Source: Klebsormidium nitens
Taxonomy: Eukaryota; Plantae; Klebsormidiophyceae
Reading direction: 5' to 3'
NCBI GenBank assembly: GCA_000708835.1
Contig: DF236977.1
Coordinates: 186,001-250,000 of the forward strand
DNA: 64,000 nt
Shown here: one piece after another, positions 33,555 to 45,893 of the stretch
Layout: each line of letters opens with the position of its first letter
Numbering within the stretch: position 1 is the stretch's first letter
Made by a program: the position numbers and the translations under genes
Notes under the pieces: model-generated
Databases searched by the model: none
Told to the model about the DNA's origin: nothing
Seen by the model: the letters and a program-made list of their open reading frames with translations, nothing else

Positions 33555-34684
33555 CTACGGGTCATGCCGCGTGCGGGGTAAAAAGGGTGTATAATTCCTC
33601 GTAAGTCGAGGTCGTCGCCGCCTCCCAGGGGCCGCCGTGCGGTTTGGCACCCGCGCTCCGGCGACCATCGCCAGGTATAGGAGTCCCACGTCTCCAGCTG
33701 ATGAGCGTGGTGTCCTCAGATTGTTCATCCTTTTTTTGCTTCGGTACGGGCTTTATAATGTGATGTATGTATACATTGACCAAGACGGTGAAGTTTGAAC
33801 CATGGAGCATATGGGCCTGATTCCTCAGTTGTAAGTTTCCGCCCGTCAACATGCAGGACGGCGAAGCCAGAACTGAGAAAGCATCATTGACATGACGTCA
33901 TTTTGGCCCCTAAAAGTCAACATGGAATCTCGCATTGCTCGAGTTACCCTGCACAGTGCATTCGCAGCTAGTTCTGCCTTAACCCTTGGGTTATGTCCGT
34001 CAGGATACCCCCGTGAAAAGTCGAGTTGTGGTGTCGGAAGTTGGAACCCCGGCCCGGCCCAATGTACGGTCGCGCTCATGCATGCGGCCGCGCGGTGCCG
34101 GATGGACGGCGACTGCGCCCGCGGGCCGGTTCGGTCCGGGCCACTAGCTCCGCGGCGGGCCCGTGGACGGACGGTCACTATACTCTGTATACTGGCTGCC
34201 AGGCTGCCGCAGGGCCGCAGCAGGCCCCCGGCCTGCCACGTGCCCCTTAACCAAATGAACTCCAATGCGCGTTTGGACTTAAAAGCCAACGGGAAGTCGA
34301 TCGATAGGGATCATCCGTCGAGGGTCGCTCCTATACCTCGAGGAATTGTATCTCACTCCTGGGTTTGGCACACAGTGACACACTTCGAACGAGCATGGTG
34401 GCCGACTTGGCTGCGACGAAATGCATGTACACCACGATACCTGAAGCGGCAAGGTCCTTTTGACAAAGAACGGCAGACAAGCTAAAAGAGAGTAAAGGAG
34501 CGGCAATGTGAGCCGTTATTAGATGGGCCGTACAAGAGCAGGTTTGTCTGACACCACGCTGCAACGGACGAAAAGCATTGAAAACTCATATAGCGTCTGG
34601 AACGTTCTACATGATAAGGTCCGGACGAAGGAGACTGCTAGGTTGAATTCCTAATATGTAACTACCCCGTTCGTTGTTTGACAA

Positions 34685-37600
34685 CTACTCTGGATAACGA
34701 GAGCCCCTGATCAGCTCTGCCACAATCTCACAAGCGCGTTTCATTCTGCCAAATCCTGGTGAAATGGCCGATACGGCCTTGGTTACGACTTTCTCCAGGT
34801 CATTGCGCTTGGTGTCGGGATCAGCATATTGAACGGTTGACTTGAAGGGCAGGCTTCCAAAGGGGTACGTGGTGCAGTCGGTTTGGGACAGGGACAAGGC
34901 TAGCGTCAGCATGACAGCCTGGTGGTCCGTGAAGCGCAGCTGCAGTATGCCGGGGCCTGCAAATACGAGGTCGAGGCACTCAGGGCCGTGTTTCCTCAGA
35001 GCAACTCTTCCAAAAGGATGAGCAGACGACTTTCAACAGGGCTGGGGAAGCTAAAGTGGCAAGAACGTCGCAAGTCCGTATTTCAAGCATTCTCTTGTAC
35101 ACTTATCCACAGAAAGCTCTGGTCGCTATAGACAAAGGCGAGTGAGCAAGTTTGGAGAGGCCTCTTTGATGACGACAAGATAAATCGAGTCATGTCTGGA
35201 AAAGATCGAAAGGTGTGACTGACCTTCTGTTTCCGAGTAGGCTGCAGACGACAGCTCCTCAAAGTCGGAGCAGCAGTCGTTCAGCTCTTCCAGGAGGTCA
35301 AAGACGCGGCCGATCCTCAAGCTCGCCTTCTGCAAAGCACGTGTCGAACCAATACGTGAGCTCAACCCCGTAATGTTAGAATACGAAACGATTCTTGTCG
35401 CCTTACTACAGACCTCGAAGGGCCACCGATGTCACCATTGGTGACGCATGTGCTGGAAGCGCTGCTCTCCCCAGCGTGACCAGTCGAGTCCAAGCTCCAT
35501 AAATCGACGGAGAGCGGGAAGAACATCCTCTTATCTGGTAATTGAATTTCCTTGGCAGAAGTTACTGTCAACAGGTCGTTTCCGAGCATCGACATTCAGG
35601 TAGGGGAAGATCTCACCTGCACTAAGCTACCAATCGTGCGGCCTTCCGAGTTCTTCACTCGTTCTCCGACCGGGGTCAGCATTGCAGCAGCAAAGCCAGA
35701 GGCACAGCCGATCCGGCCAAACCTCTGCGCAAAGGAATTCGGTGAGTGGTGAGCAAGAGGGTAAGAAAACTGCGATTGAGAGCATGCTATACGATTCGTC
35801 CGTATAAAGCATTGGGCCGCTTCTCAAGCTGCGAAGCCGAATGCTTAAAATCCATGCATGCCTTCCTGGTTCCTCTCAGCAACCTTGGAGAGAGCTATAC
35901 CGAGCCCTTCGTTCCAGAAACAGATCAACTAGCTTCTGCGCTCTTGAGACTACGCAAGCTTTCATATTGAAGAGAAGAAACCAATTACATAGCGGCTTTT
36001 GGTCGACCGAAAGGCACCACGAACGTTCCCGCATCCGCTACCTCACCCCATCGATCGCCGGCCTATCGAGCTGAAGCCGGCTCTCCTCCGGGAACTCGTT
36101 CTTGCCCGTTCTGTAAAAGGCCTGGCTGAACAGCCCGTCGTGGTACCGCAGCTCCAGCACAGCCTCCTTCTCGCTGGCCTCCGCCACACCCGCTGCTTCG
36201 GCGACCGCGCCACTCTCTTGGCCCTGCACGGCGTCGCCTGGCGACGGCCCCCTTCTCTTGGCAGCTCCACTTGAGGCGGCCTTGTCAGAGAGGTCGACGG
36301 CTCCGGCCGCCGTTTCGAGGTTGGGGCAATCCACGGCGAAAGCGGACTCCTCAGGCGAGCTTGCGGCGGCCTGCCATCCCTGTCTGGATAATACCCACCC
36401 CTGCAGGAAGAAACACGATAACCGGTCCGTTCTGAACTGGAACCAGGCAACCACTTAAGTGCGAAAGGGACTGCTCCCTATAGCCTCTCCGGACGATAAG
36501 ATCATATAAGACTTTCTGCCTACTTGTTGAAACATGAGATTAGCCTTCACACACCTTTGGTACGAGGAAGTGGAACGCAAGGATGCAGCTCTAGCTTGGC
36601 TCTCTTTCCGAACCAGAAGCAAGATGCTCAGACCAGAACGACTTCCTGTCCAGCCCCCGACACAACTCCCTCGTTTCGCGCGACAACTTAACGCCCAATC
36701 AAAACGTGTCCCTAGGAGTGGCGCACCTGTGTGGCGACCACAATGTCCAGCTCCTGGGCGAGGTCTTCCTTCCTGGAGTCGCCCTTCTGCCGCAGCTTCT
36801 CCAGCTGGCTCTCGTCCACGGCGATGCGCCCGCCCCCCCGGCCGTCGTCGCCTGCCGCCCCGCTGCTGATGAGAGCGGCACGCGCTTCCGCGCACGAGGC
36901 GTCCAGCAGCCGCAGGCGCTCCAGCAGCCGCTGATGCTCCGCCTCCGCGGACTGCAGCGCACGCATAGTTTGGTAGGAGTTAGTAAAGTGAGGGATAAGG
37001 AGACCGGTTCTGCGGTGCAGTAGACGATTGAAGTTGGTAATGTCACCACGGGATTAAGAAGGACTAAGAGGGAATAAGAGGGACCAAGAAGCGCGGTATA
37101 GGGGGGCACTCTCCGAGCAGGTCAAATTCTTGCTCCACGTTGTCTGAAGATGCAAGTTGTGTCGAGTAAAGCTCTCGGCGGTCTTGAAAAAAGGGAATCT
37201 GAGGGACTTCCAGCGCGTTCGTTAAGGAGCGAACGCTTACAACCTCAAAACAGCGCTCTGCTATCACTTGGACACCTTCCGCAAGCGGACTGAAAATATC
37301 CTCAAAGCCGATGGGAAGAGGGCACACTCTCCTGAATGTAAAACCAGCTGGCCACTTTTGTTGCAAAATTTGGAGAACCACCCCCATGAGGCGAGAATCC
37401 TTGCACTTTGAACCAGTTCCGTCTGCATCGCATGCTCCCGTAAATGCAGGCTCAGGATCCAAGAATCTTCTGTGCACTTTTACCTCTCTCTGCGCCGCCA
37501 TGCTCTCCCGGTAGCGCTCCGCCTCCCTAGCTTGCTGCTCGCGCTCCTCCATCTCGGCTTGCTGCCGCCGCACCTCCTCTGCCAGCCGCACCTTGATGCC

Positions 37601-40600
37601 ACGTGTCTCCTCCTCTCGCTCGCGCGCGGCCTGCAGCTCATCCTCCGCCCGCTGGATGTTCGCCTCAATCTCCGCCTGGAAGTTGCGGACGTCCTGGCGC
37701 AGCGCGTGCAGCTGCTGCCGCTTCTGCTGCACCGCGGCCAGGTCCTCCTGCGCGAAAGACGGATGGAGAGAAGGTGAGCCGGAAGGAATCTCGCAAGGCG
37801 CCAAAAATTACTGCAGATATAATCTATAGCAACATCTAGCATGAGAACACGAGGAGACTCGTAAGAAAGAAATCAAAGGGTCATGAAGTTTACAGCCGGT
37901 CTGGCAAGATCGAGTATCTCTGGAAAAAAATGGCGTACGAGGTCGCATGAAAAGGTGTTACTGATCAGCTGCCCAATCAGGAAAAGGGGCTGGAAGTAGC
38001 AAACAGCTAAGGCGCCACCCGCATTTCACGGTACCGACTCGAGGCTCTTGAATGACAGGGCAGCGTTTCCTTGCGGCTTCTGCACTCGAACTGAAAGCAA
38101 TCGACGAGAGTCAAGGGAGGGCCGTTGGGGCGGCGCGCACCATCAAGTTGCGCTCGTTTTCCTGCAGCCGCTCGCTGGTGTTCTCCTCCAGGCGGAGGCG
38201 CCACTCCAGCCACTGCCGCCGCGCCTCCAGGCGGCACCGCTGCTTCAGGTCCTTCAGCTTCTTCAGCAGGGCCGCGCGCTCGGGGCCCGCCGCAGTCTGA
38301 ATCACCAAGTTTCGACAGTCATGTTTCCCATCATACAGAGAGAACCCGGACCCTCCTTTACGCCACGTTCGCTCCGCACCCTCCTTGGCGTGGTTTAAGA
38401 GAGGTCAGAACGGACAGTGCGCACGTAACGATGGAGAACCGATAAAAAAGCAACGCACTACTTACTCGAAGTATTGGCAAAGCCAACCCTCATGACGAAC
38501 TTCCAACCTCGACACTTAGCAGCACCTAGTTACGGCGAACGCGGACAGTGACGCATGAGCGCAAGTATCTTGTTCGGTGCCCACCCCCGGCTCACCTGTA
38601 CCGCGTGGAAGATGGCGGGGCACATGTCCTGCAGCTTCGCTTCGAAGTGGGCCACGGACGCCTTCTTGGCAGCGATCGACTCGCGCAGCTCGCCACACCC
38701 AAAGTCTAGGATGGTCGTCTGCACGAAGCATGAAGAGTTTTCAGAAACGGCCTAGAATTTGCACCCTCGACATGATGTTCAGGCTGACCTTCATACGCAA
38801 AATTGCGAGAGCTTGCACACACATAAAAGCTCACTCGCAGCCAATGGGCTTGCGCAGAGTCCGGACGCAAGGTGCAGCGCTGAATGGCTGTAAGTGTAAC
38901 AATACGCAAAGTTTGCCAAATACAGAAGCGGTATGCCTTACCTGCGGCTGGTTGAAGCACACGACCTTCAAGCAGTCTGCCAGGCCCTCGGGGGGCGCCA
39001 GGTCGGCCGTAGGGGTCTGCTGACCGAACATGGAAGCGCGGTTCCGGTTGTCGAAGAAGCGGATCTGCACCAGAAAAGCCCGCGTTAGAACCGCTTTGGC
39101 CTCGCTTTCGTACAAAGAAATCAATCACAATGGTCACACAAACGGAGGATGTTTGAAAGGGCTTGAAAAACGAGCTTCGAGAAAGAGGAATTCATCAACG
39201 AGGGAGCCGGAGTAGCACTGCTTTTGTCCTTAGGAATTCTGCACCCGTACCCCTCTTTCGAACATCTATTTCAGGTACTCAACGTCGTCCTTTGGTCGCT
39301 TGGCAACCAAAAAGAGAAACACATCTAACACAAAGTCTAATGAATTGAACCACTTACTGAACCATTGAGCTGGCCCCCGGTCTCGGGGTTGAAGTGTTGA
39401 TAAAACTTCAAGAATAAAGACCGCTACGCTGCTCACCTCGACCTTGTATAGAAACTCTGCAAAGGAGATCCTCCCGGCAATCTTCCCGGTCCCTTCCTCC
39501 TCCCCGTCCAGTTCCGCCGTCGTGTCCTCGTTCCGAGCCGGGCGAACGGAGTGCGGAGCAGCCACAGGCGCGGCCTTGTCCGGAGCCGGCGTCCTAAACT
39601 TGCGGACGGAGCTCAGGCCAAGGATGGGGGTGAACTTCTCCTTGCCTCGGGGCGTGAAGGCCCTTTGGGCAGCGGGGGTGAACGGTTTTACTGGGCCCGC
39701 AGGGGGGAGGCCTTGCCTGACAGGGCCTTGAGTTGGGGGCAGGACGCCCAGGCTCTCACGGCGGAGGTGCATGAGGCCCTGTAGCCGGGCAGGGGGCAGA
39801 GGCAAAGTGGTCTCTGTGACGTCCTCTTCGATGTCGACAGGGCCTTCCACTGCTAATTCAGGCACCGGGGGAAGCTCAGCCTGCTCCTTGACAGGAGGCT
39901 CCGCAGGGTCGGTGGGAAGAATCCCCGCTGGGGGCTCGGCTGTAGCAGTGGGAATAGGCTCCGCCGGCTTCTCGACCGGGGGCTCAGGTGCGCTGGCCAC
40001 AATCTCCAGAGATTGCTCGGTGACAGAAGCCGGTACATTCTCGACAGACGGCTGTCGTTCTGTGGACTCGGCCTGCTGCTCGGGGTTCTGTTCAGCTGCC
40101 AGGGGGGGTTGCGCAGCGGCGGCGAGCGCCGTTTGCATTTTGAGGGTGGACCGGCGGAGCTGGAGGCGGCTGGAGATCGGGAGGGCGTTGGGGCTGGGGG
40201 TCTTGGCGGGAGTGGCTCTCTGCAGAGGCGAACAGGGAGGATTGATTTGAGACTGACTCTGCTTAGCATCCTGGACGACAAAGGAGGACCGAGTGGTTTG
40301 AGCGGCTCTCGAAAAGAATGTTGAAGTCAGATGAAAGAGCGTTTCTGCAAAGTAGAAGACCGATTTAAAGCCTCCTTTTAGCGGGTACTATGCTAACTCA
40401 GATTTACGGTTGGGTCCTTTTGCTTCGCTGCTCAGAGTCAAACAAGAAGTGACAGGGTGAGTTACGGAGATAGGAAGACATTCAGAAAGCAATTTTTAGT
40501 ATGCCAGGAATGTGAAGGGGTTGATCGAAGCAGCTGAGAATGAGACGAAGCACAGTTTTGAAGCTTCGAGGCACGACTTCCAGTGACTCACATTGTTCTG

Positions 40601-43600
40601 CAGGCGCAGCATCTTGTACTCCAGTTCGCTCAGCTCTTTCTCCGTCTCGAACGCGCCCTGACTCCCAATAACCCCACTGTGCTGCGTCGGTATCTCGTCC
40701 TGCGAAACCACGTGGTACTCCTCTCCCTGTGTCTGGTTCTCCACCGTCTCGTCCATTCCCGTCACCGTTTCCTTTGCAGTTTCCCCGTGATCTTGAGTCA
40801 CCTCCTGGGCCGCAGTCTGATCCCCTCTCCCAAACACTGTTCCCTGGGACTCCTCCCTCTCGGCTCCGCTCATCTGCTCAGTGACAGGTGTCAGCACCTG
40901 CAGCCTGCGCTGCCTCTTGACCGCCGGCTTGGGACTGGATTCTGTCTGCAGGCTCGCTTCAGACTGCTCGCCAGCCGGCGCTTGCTGGAGGTCGGATCCC
41001 GCCTCTTCTCGCGGCCGTTTCTTGCTCGGGGCAACCTCCTGGACGGGTTTCGGCGAGGGTGCGGGGATCGACTGGGCAGGCAGTGCCGCCGGTAGAGCTA
41101 GGACGAGCGAAGGCTCCACGGCTTGGACTACGGGGTTAGGGTGGACTGTCTCGATGGCGGCAGGGGGGCGAACTTCCGTTGCCTGCGGGTACAAGGACCT
41201 TTGGTCAGTTAGTGGATTGCATCCAGCCGGACCAAATCATGTGTGGTGATCGGTCCGAAATCGTTAGGTAATTGAGGCTGGCGCTCAGTTGACCACTCTA
41301 TCCTTGTACCGCAAGACAACGAAGTGGAATGGTAGTACAAGGTGGCACTATCACAGGATGGCTCTGACTAAGTTCTTTCGGAAACGGACTGCGACCGGAT
41401 CTGACCCCAGAGCAAGGGAGGACTCTCTTGATAACTTTAAACAAAACTCGACTTTGTGCAAGCATACGATGTTGACGGTTGTCCTAAAGCTCCAGGTGTT
41501 CATCCTTATCACGAATAGTTACAGCCGGCAGCAGAGCTCTTACATACCTTTGCATCATCGCCTGGCAGGTTGGCAGCCTCCACTTTGTTTCCGATCGCAG
41601 CGCTGCTTTCTTGCACTGATGGATTTGTTTCGTCTTGCTCCGCCTCCGGCTTGTCTTTGACCCACCACCGGTCGACAGCGCCCCCCTCCTGCGCTTCCGC
41701 ACTCAGCATGGCCGCCCAGCCGCCTACGCTGGCCCTGCCCCGCACACTGCCCCGACGGTGGGCTGGCCTGAAGCTGCCTGCAAATGGAAAAAGGAGTAGG
41801 CCTGGCTTCAACAGATGTCAGAGTGGCACGTTTTGACAAGATCTGTGTGCACGTCTCCTGGGAAAATTCTAAAGCCTTGCCTTCTTTAGGGGCACAAGTG
41901 CAGCTAGCAGGATTCACATGGGCAACCAAAGGAGCTAACTTAGACTGAGCTGTAAACAGATTACGAGATTGTTGTCTCTTTTGGTGTGACGAGGCGTCTT
42001 GTCTCTTTTGGTGTGACGAGGCGTCGTAATGAGAATTGCAGGCAGCCACTGCAATGATTCCGCACCGTTATTGACGAGAGTGTCCTTTGCTTCATTCCCA
42101 AGAGAATGTGAGGTTGGCTTGCGAAAAAGCATTAGGTCGCTCAATCACTCACGCTTTCAGAAGATCATAGACGAAATCTACCTTTTGTCTCTGATTCTTA
42201 AATGAAGTACCTGAACCTTTCTTCACGGTTACTTGAGACGACACCCGTTGACCTCTCACCTGTGCCCAGGGGCTGCAGAGATGCCCGCCCATGGCTGGGC
42301 CTGGACCCCGCGTTGAACCTCGGCCGCACGCCAAACACCTCCTCCTGCTCATCGCCAGTGAATAGCAACGGAAGGGATGCATTTACGATACCAGCAGCAG
42401 GGGCCGGTGCTGCCTTTGGCTCCTCCCTGGTCTCCGCCTTCTCTTCCTCCGTTTTCAAGGATTCGCCATTTGGCGCACTCTCAGCTTGCGGCTCTGCCCC
42501 GTCAGCGTCAACCAGGTCCGCAAGCCGCGGGACCAGATCGGTCACGTTCTCAATCACGTCGTCCCCCCCTGCCGCAATCTCCATCCCAACTCGCTTCATG
42601 AGCGCCCCGAAATTCAGCAGCTGCGTTGTCTCCCCCTCCTCCGGCGAGCCAATCTCGTTCTCAGCAGTCTCGAAGTTGAACAGGTCTCCGGTCGAACCGT
42701 CTTCTCCCCCCTGCTGTGCCACTTCCGCCTTGGCTGCCCAATCGAGCGTGCTCTCTTTGCTCCCTGCGTCCTGATCCGCCTCCAGCAAGGCTTGCAAGTT
42801 GGGGATGGCGCCAGTGATGCTGCCCCGCCGCTCTCCAGAGGCCCAGATATTGACCCCCTCTGTTGCTTCGACATCCCCTCCCAGGTCCGCCGCAAGGAGG
42901 TCTTGCAGGTGCGGGATGGCGCCAGTGATGCTGCCCCTCCGATTGTCCACCGGGCTCTCGTCACGAAACACAGGCAGCTCCGCTCCTGCTTCGCCTCCCT
43001 CTTCCTCTGACAGCAGATCTCCAAACCTGCGCCTCGCCGGTTTAACCTCCACCCCCCTCCCGCCGTCTTCTGCCAGGACGGCTCCCATGAGCTCTTCCGC
43101 GGCCGGTGCGGGCTCCCCTGTCTGCTGAGATGGCAGACCATTGGCTATCGGAGTCAGTGACATGTCTGAATGGACGGGGCTGACATCAGCAGGTTGTACC
43201 CCCTCTTCGTTTCCCCACTCCTCTCTTCGTGCTGGGATGACAGGCCCCGTTGAGAAGGTGAAGTCCTGCTGCTCCGCCAGGATCTTGGCCAGCTTGGGGA
43301 CCATCGCCGTGATGGAGCCTGTCATGTCTGTGAAGTTGGCCACGTCCTCGACCGGCTCCTTCTCCAGGGGGGACCTCTCCGCAGCATCAAAACCCCCAAA
43401 GGAAGGGCGTGCACCCCCTCCCAGGCTGCTCCGCCTCCGGTAGCTGATGGCGCTGCCAAATGCTTCGTTCTGGGGAGGAAGCAGCTCAAAGTCGGCAGTC
43501 GGGGTGTGCGTGAGCTCCATGCCATCATCGCTGCAAAGACAGGGTGGCACTGCAGTCAATTCGGAGTCCGGAATGTGGCTGCCCCGTCATCCAGCTGATT

Positions 43601-44986
43601 ACTTGTGTGGTGTATTGTTGCACTGTATTGCCTGAAACTATGGAAGTACCTTGCGGTAGTTTTCTGCAAAACGACGTTTTTCGGACGTGCTGGCTGGCTT
43701 GATTGCTATCAGGATATCTGAGTGCTTCAAAGCAGTTGCCCGCAAGTTCCTCAAAACCATCATGTTGGGAGTGAGAAAGTAGCTGTCTAGAAGACGAGTG
43801 CTGAGGCTACAGATGATTTCGACCTGGAACCAGGAAGTTTCCATTTGAAGGTTGTCTTTTTATATCCCATGCTGCTTGACAAGAATGCACAAACCATCTC
43901 CCATTCCAGCGGGGCAGTGTGCCGCACAGCATCTCTTGAGCAGCAAGCAAACATTGCATACTGAGATGAGCTTGTTGCAGATATCACCTGCTGAGAGGTG
44001 AGACGTAGTTGCGTGGAGAAAAGAACTCAGGGCTGGACTCGTTGCCCCCAGGCGTCCCAACGGGCGTGCCATGGTACCCGCCTGCTGCCTGGGGCTGCTG
44101 CATTACTGGTGTGGATTGCTGACCGTCCATTTCTTCCGTCCTTGCGTTCAAAGCGAGTGGCTCTGTGTCAACTCCTATCGAAGCTTCTCTTCCCTGGCTC
44201 CAAGAGATTGGGCCGGTGTTTCCAGCTGGCAGCATCTCGAATTGCAAATTGCTGTCATAAATCTCAGCTGGCCTACCAGGATTGAGCTCCAGTGCAGCAG
44301 GTTGGGGCTGCTCTGTGGAAGCTGGCTTTGCCTCAACATCTAGGGCTGTTTGTGCTGGCGCAGCATTGGTGAAAGACCCTGCCTTCTGCGTCTTAGCGTC
44401 TGGGGGTGTTTCGTACTCTATGTCTTTGACGAAGATTCTGACCGCTGGCTGCTCAGCAAAGCTGACCCTTCTGTTTAGGCTGCGCTTGGACCTCTTCTTG
44501 TTGAAGACAGGGCTCGCCTCTATGCTCTGCCCGTTCACCATTTCAGTCCGTGCAGGGGAGCGGACATCAAAGACATGCAAATCTCCTAGAGCACGCCTCT
44601 GCTCGCCCTTCTTCAGGATCTGTAAGGACGAGCGCAAAACAGTCAAGAAGATTTCATTACTGCAAATATCAGTGACAAGATTGCATAGTTTGAGAATACC
44701 AATCCCTACATTTTTGCACAGTGGAACAAGCTTCTGATGCACTTTGCAAACACTCACTGTCAAGTGCAGAAAGCTGGCCATGGAATATGTACACACGGTG
44801 ACACGCAAGATGTGTGGTCGAAAAGCTCTCCCGGTGGCTTACCGATAGGGGTGACTTTGGGTCTGCATTCTCCTTTTCTATTCCCCCTTTGGATAAGCGT
44901 CTTCGACTTCGTGCAGGCGACTTACCAGCAGGGGATGGCATACCCATGCTCTCCATAGGATCCTCTGCGACTTTGAAGGAAGCCAT
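34685..44986 (-). CDS. KNL1: Kinetochore scaffold KNL1/Spc105/Spc7 (about 1,793 aa)
   Basis: Fifteen in-phase exons: 44986-44843, 44619-43988, 43530-42260, 41777-41548, 41182-40592, 40219-39437, 39064-38942, 38718-38596, 38296-38141, 37747-37484, 36951-36727, 36400-36047, 35724-35617, 35329-35224, 34956-34685 (5382 nt). Motifs: N-terminal S|ILK and RRVSF PP1 motifs, DDGMELT, Spc7-type ISFAEFL...IRFFDN, ARRQWLEWR, a coiled coil, and an RWD-like C-terminus (KASLRIGRVFDLLEEL; LQLRF; YPFGSLP). Confidence 0.92.
41972..42025. repeat. Perfect 27-bp tandem duplication in a KNL1 intron
   Basis: TTGTCTCTTTTGGTGTGACGAGGCGTC x2. Confidence 0.95.
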
Positions 44987-45893
44987 GCTTCCACCTATGC
45001 TGTACATTAGTACTTACGTTTCAACGAAGAGGGCCTCTTCCTTGGAGTCCCTGATCTTTTACCCTCCACTCGTAAAACCGTCGTTTTCGCCAACCTTATC
45101 CAACCCAAGCAATCTTCGTAATCAATCATAGCATCTCTGCAAGCGCAACCATAGAAGTCAGGTCTCCGGCAGACTCCGCTGCCAACGCTACTAGAAGTGG
45201 CAGCGCAAGTCTTTTGCCCATGTGGACCTGAAACAGCAGGCCATGGTGAAAGTCGGGGGTGCTTCAATCGGACAATTTCAAAAGTTCGCAATTCGTCGAG
45301 TACCGTAAGTTTGGACGTCTCGGAGTCCTTGTGCGACTCAATCGAACGGTACTCCTTGCGTGTGCCGTTGACCTCCTTGAACCGGATCGTTGGACCGCTC
45401 CTGAGACGAAGACCATGACAACCGTCCGATATCTTTACAAATTGCACGGCCTGGAATCTTACGCGCGCACGCGCGCCTGGCCGTTCGTCTTGCGTGGCCC
45501 GGCCGCCGGTCGGCCCTTTCTTGCGCGCGCAGAGTGAATTCTGCTTTCTGGTAGCCTGAGCCTGAGGTACCCATCTCCACGCAATGTAATTTGCAGGACA
45601 TATCAGGCTCTTATCTTCTGTACCTTCAAGATTCAACCACTGCCCAGTCCTTGATATGTACTGTAGTTGCACTGTGCATTTGACCTCAACTTCTGGAACA
45701 CGAACCTAGAGAGCACAAGAGCAGCTAAGAAATGCAGGCGATAAGCAGCTCGGACAAGGACCCACAGCTAGGCTAACGCTACGTCAGGGCGACCGTCCCA
45801 GTCCAAGCTCAGCTACGACAATCAGGTACCTTATGAATCGAGTGGTCTTCTGAGCCATTGGTGCCGCACTCAAGCGAGCGGGTTCCAAGCTCA
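44987..45893. promoter_or_regulatory. Divergent intergenic region shared by KNL1 and the DZIP1-like gene
   Basis: The starts are about 0.9 kb apart and head-to-head. A GC-rich core with GCGCGC and GGCC/GGCCC runs lies at 45461-45530. Promoter function is inferred. Confidence 0.4.

Larger units (their letters stand above)
32773..33737 (+). mobile_element. tRNA-related SINE-like/retroposed composite with identical terminal direct repeats and 12-bp TSD
   Basis: The TSD GCTTCGGTACGG lies at 32761-32772 and 33738-33749. Identical 197-bp repeats lie at 32810-33006 and 33539-33735, each ending in a T-run (T5, and T7 to 33737). A B-box/T-arm precedes the second copy. A 20-N assembly gap lies at 33503-33522. 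Confidence 0.7.

Noticed and set aside
45340-45490. AACGG/CCGTT cores as MSA (G2/M) elements in the KNL1 promoter
   Set aside because: About three 5-mers in 0.9 kb is close to random expectation, and the extended consensus is poor.
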